From Anaeramoeba ignava BMAN (Eukaryota; Protista; Anaeramoebae), in the NCBI GenBank assembly GCA_028826165.1, contig JAPDFW010000061.1, positions 124,001 to 188,000 of the forward strand: a DNA stretch of 64,000 bases, given 5' to 3'. The number at the start of each line of letters is the position of its first letter. The first letter of the stretch is position 1. This document shows, in pieces, positions 63,635 to 64,000 of this stretch. The position numbers and the translations under genes are program-made. Under the pieces are notes generated by a model. That model was not told where the DNA came from and did not search any database. It worked only from the letters and a program-made list of their open reading frames with translations.

Positions 63635-64000
63635 TTTTAAAAAATGAAAAAAATGAAAAATGATTTTTGGAATTTTAATTTTTATTTTAATTTTAATTTT
63701 AATTTTAATTTTTATTTTAATTTTAATTTTAATTTTAATTTTAATTTTAATTTTAATTTTAATTTTAATTTTGATTTTAATTTTAATTTTAATTTTAATT
63801 TTAATTTTAATTTGAATTTTAATTTGAATTTTAATTTTAATTTTAATTTTAATTATGATTTTAATTTTAATTTTAATTTTAATTTTAATTTTAATTTTAA
63901 TTTTAATTTTAATTTTAATTTTAATTTTAATTTTGATTTTAATTTTGATTTTAATTTTAATTTTAATTTTGATTTTAATTTTAATTTTGATTTTAATTTT

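Overview
Extremely AT-rich eukaryotic (protist) genomic DNA, not prokaryotic. It has GT-AG spliceosomal introns, (Asn-Gln)n coding tracts and expanded RCC1-BTB-BTB gene arrays. The style resembles the metamonad Anaeramoeba, but that is an unverified inference. Gene order: 3' part of a SAC9-like phosphoinositide phosphatase (+); a 7-exon DH-PH-FYVE RhoGEF (-); a last exon of an Akirin homolog absent from the ORF track (-); an intronless TPR-FN3-coiled coil-kinase-PARP (tankyrase-like) fusion (+); THOC2 with a 4.2-kb almost pure A/T satellite intron (+); a ~160-bp tandem repeat; tRNA-Asn(GTT); four RCC1-BTB-BTB paralogs (-); a Ras-like-BTB-BTB-CAAX protein with a degenerate P-loop (+); two tandem RING-kinase-PCMT (isoaspartyl methyltransferase-like) fusion genes (+); a cytohesin-like Sec7-PH ArfGEF (-); RhoGDI (+, partly garbled); WDR43/UTP5 (+); an ICE2/Serinc-like membrane protein (-); and three more RCC1-BTB-BTB paralogs (-). 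The best candidates for new biology are the RING-kinase-PCMT fusions, whose paralogs differ mainly in a substrate-side loop, the kinase-PARP fusion with a GC-rich catalytic region, and the Ras-BTB pseudo-GTPase beside the diversifying RCC1-BTB arrays. Together these suggest a ubiquitin-based surveillance locus. Many single-base frameshifts and a few garbled segments look like long-read consensus errors. All domain calls come from recognising motifs by eye; no searches were run.
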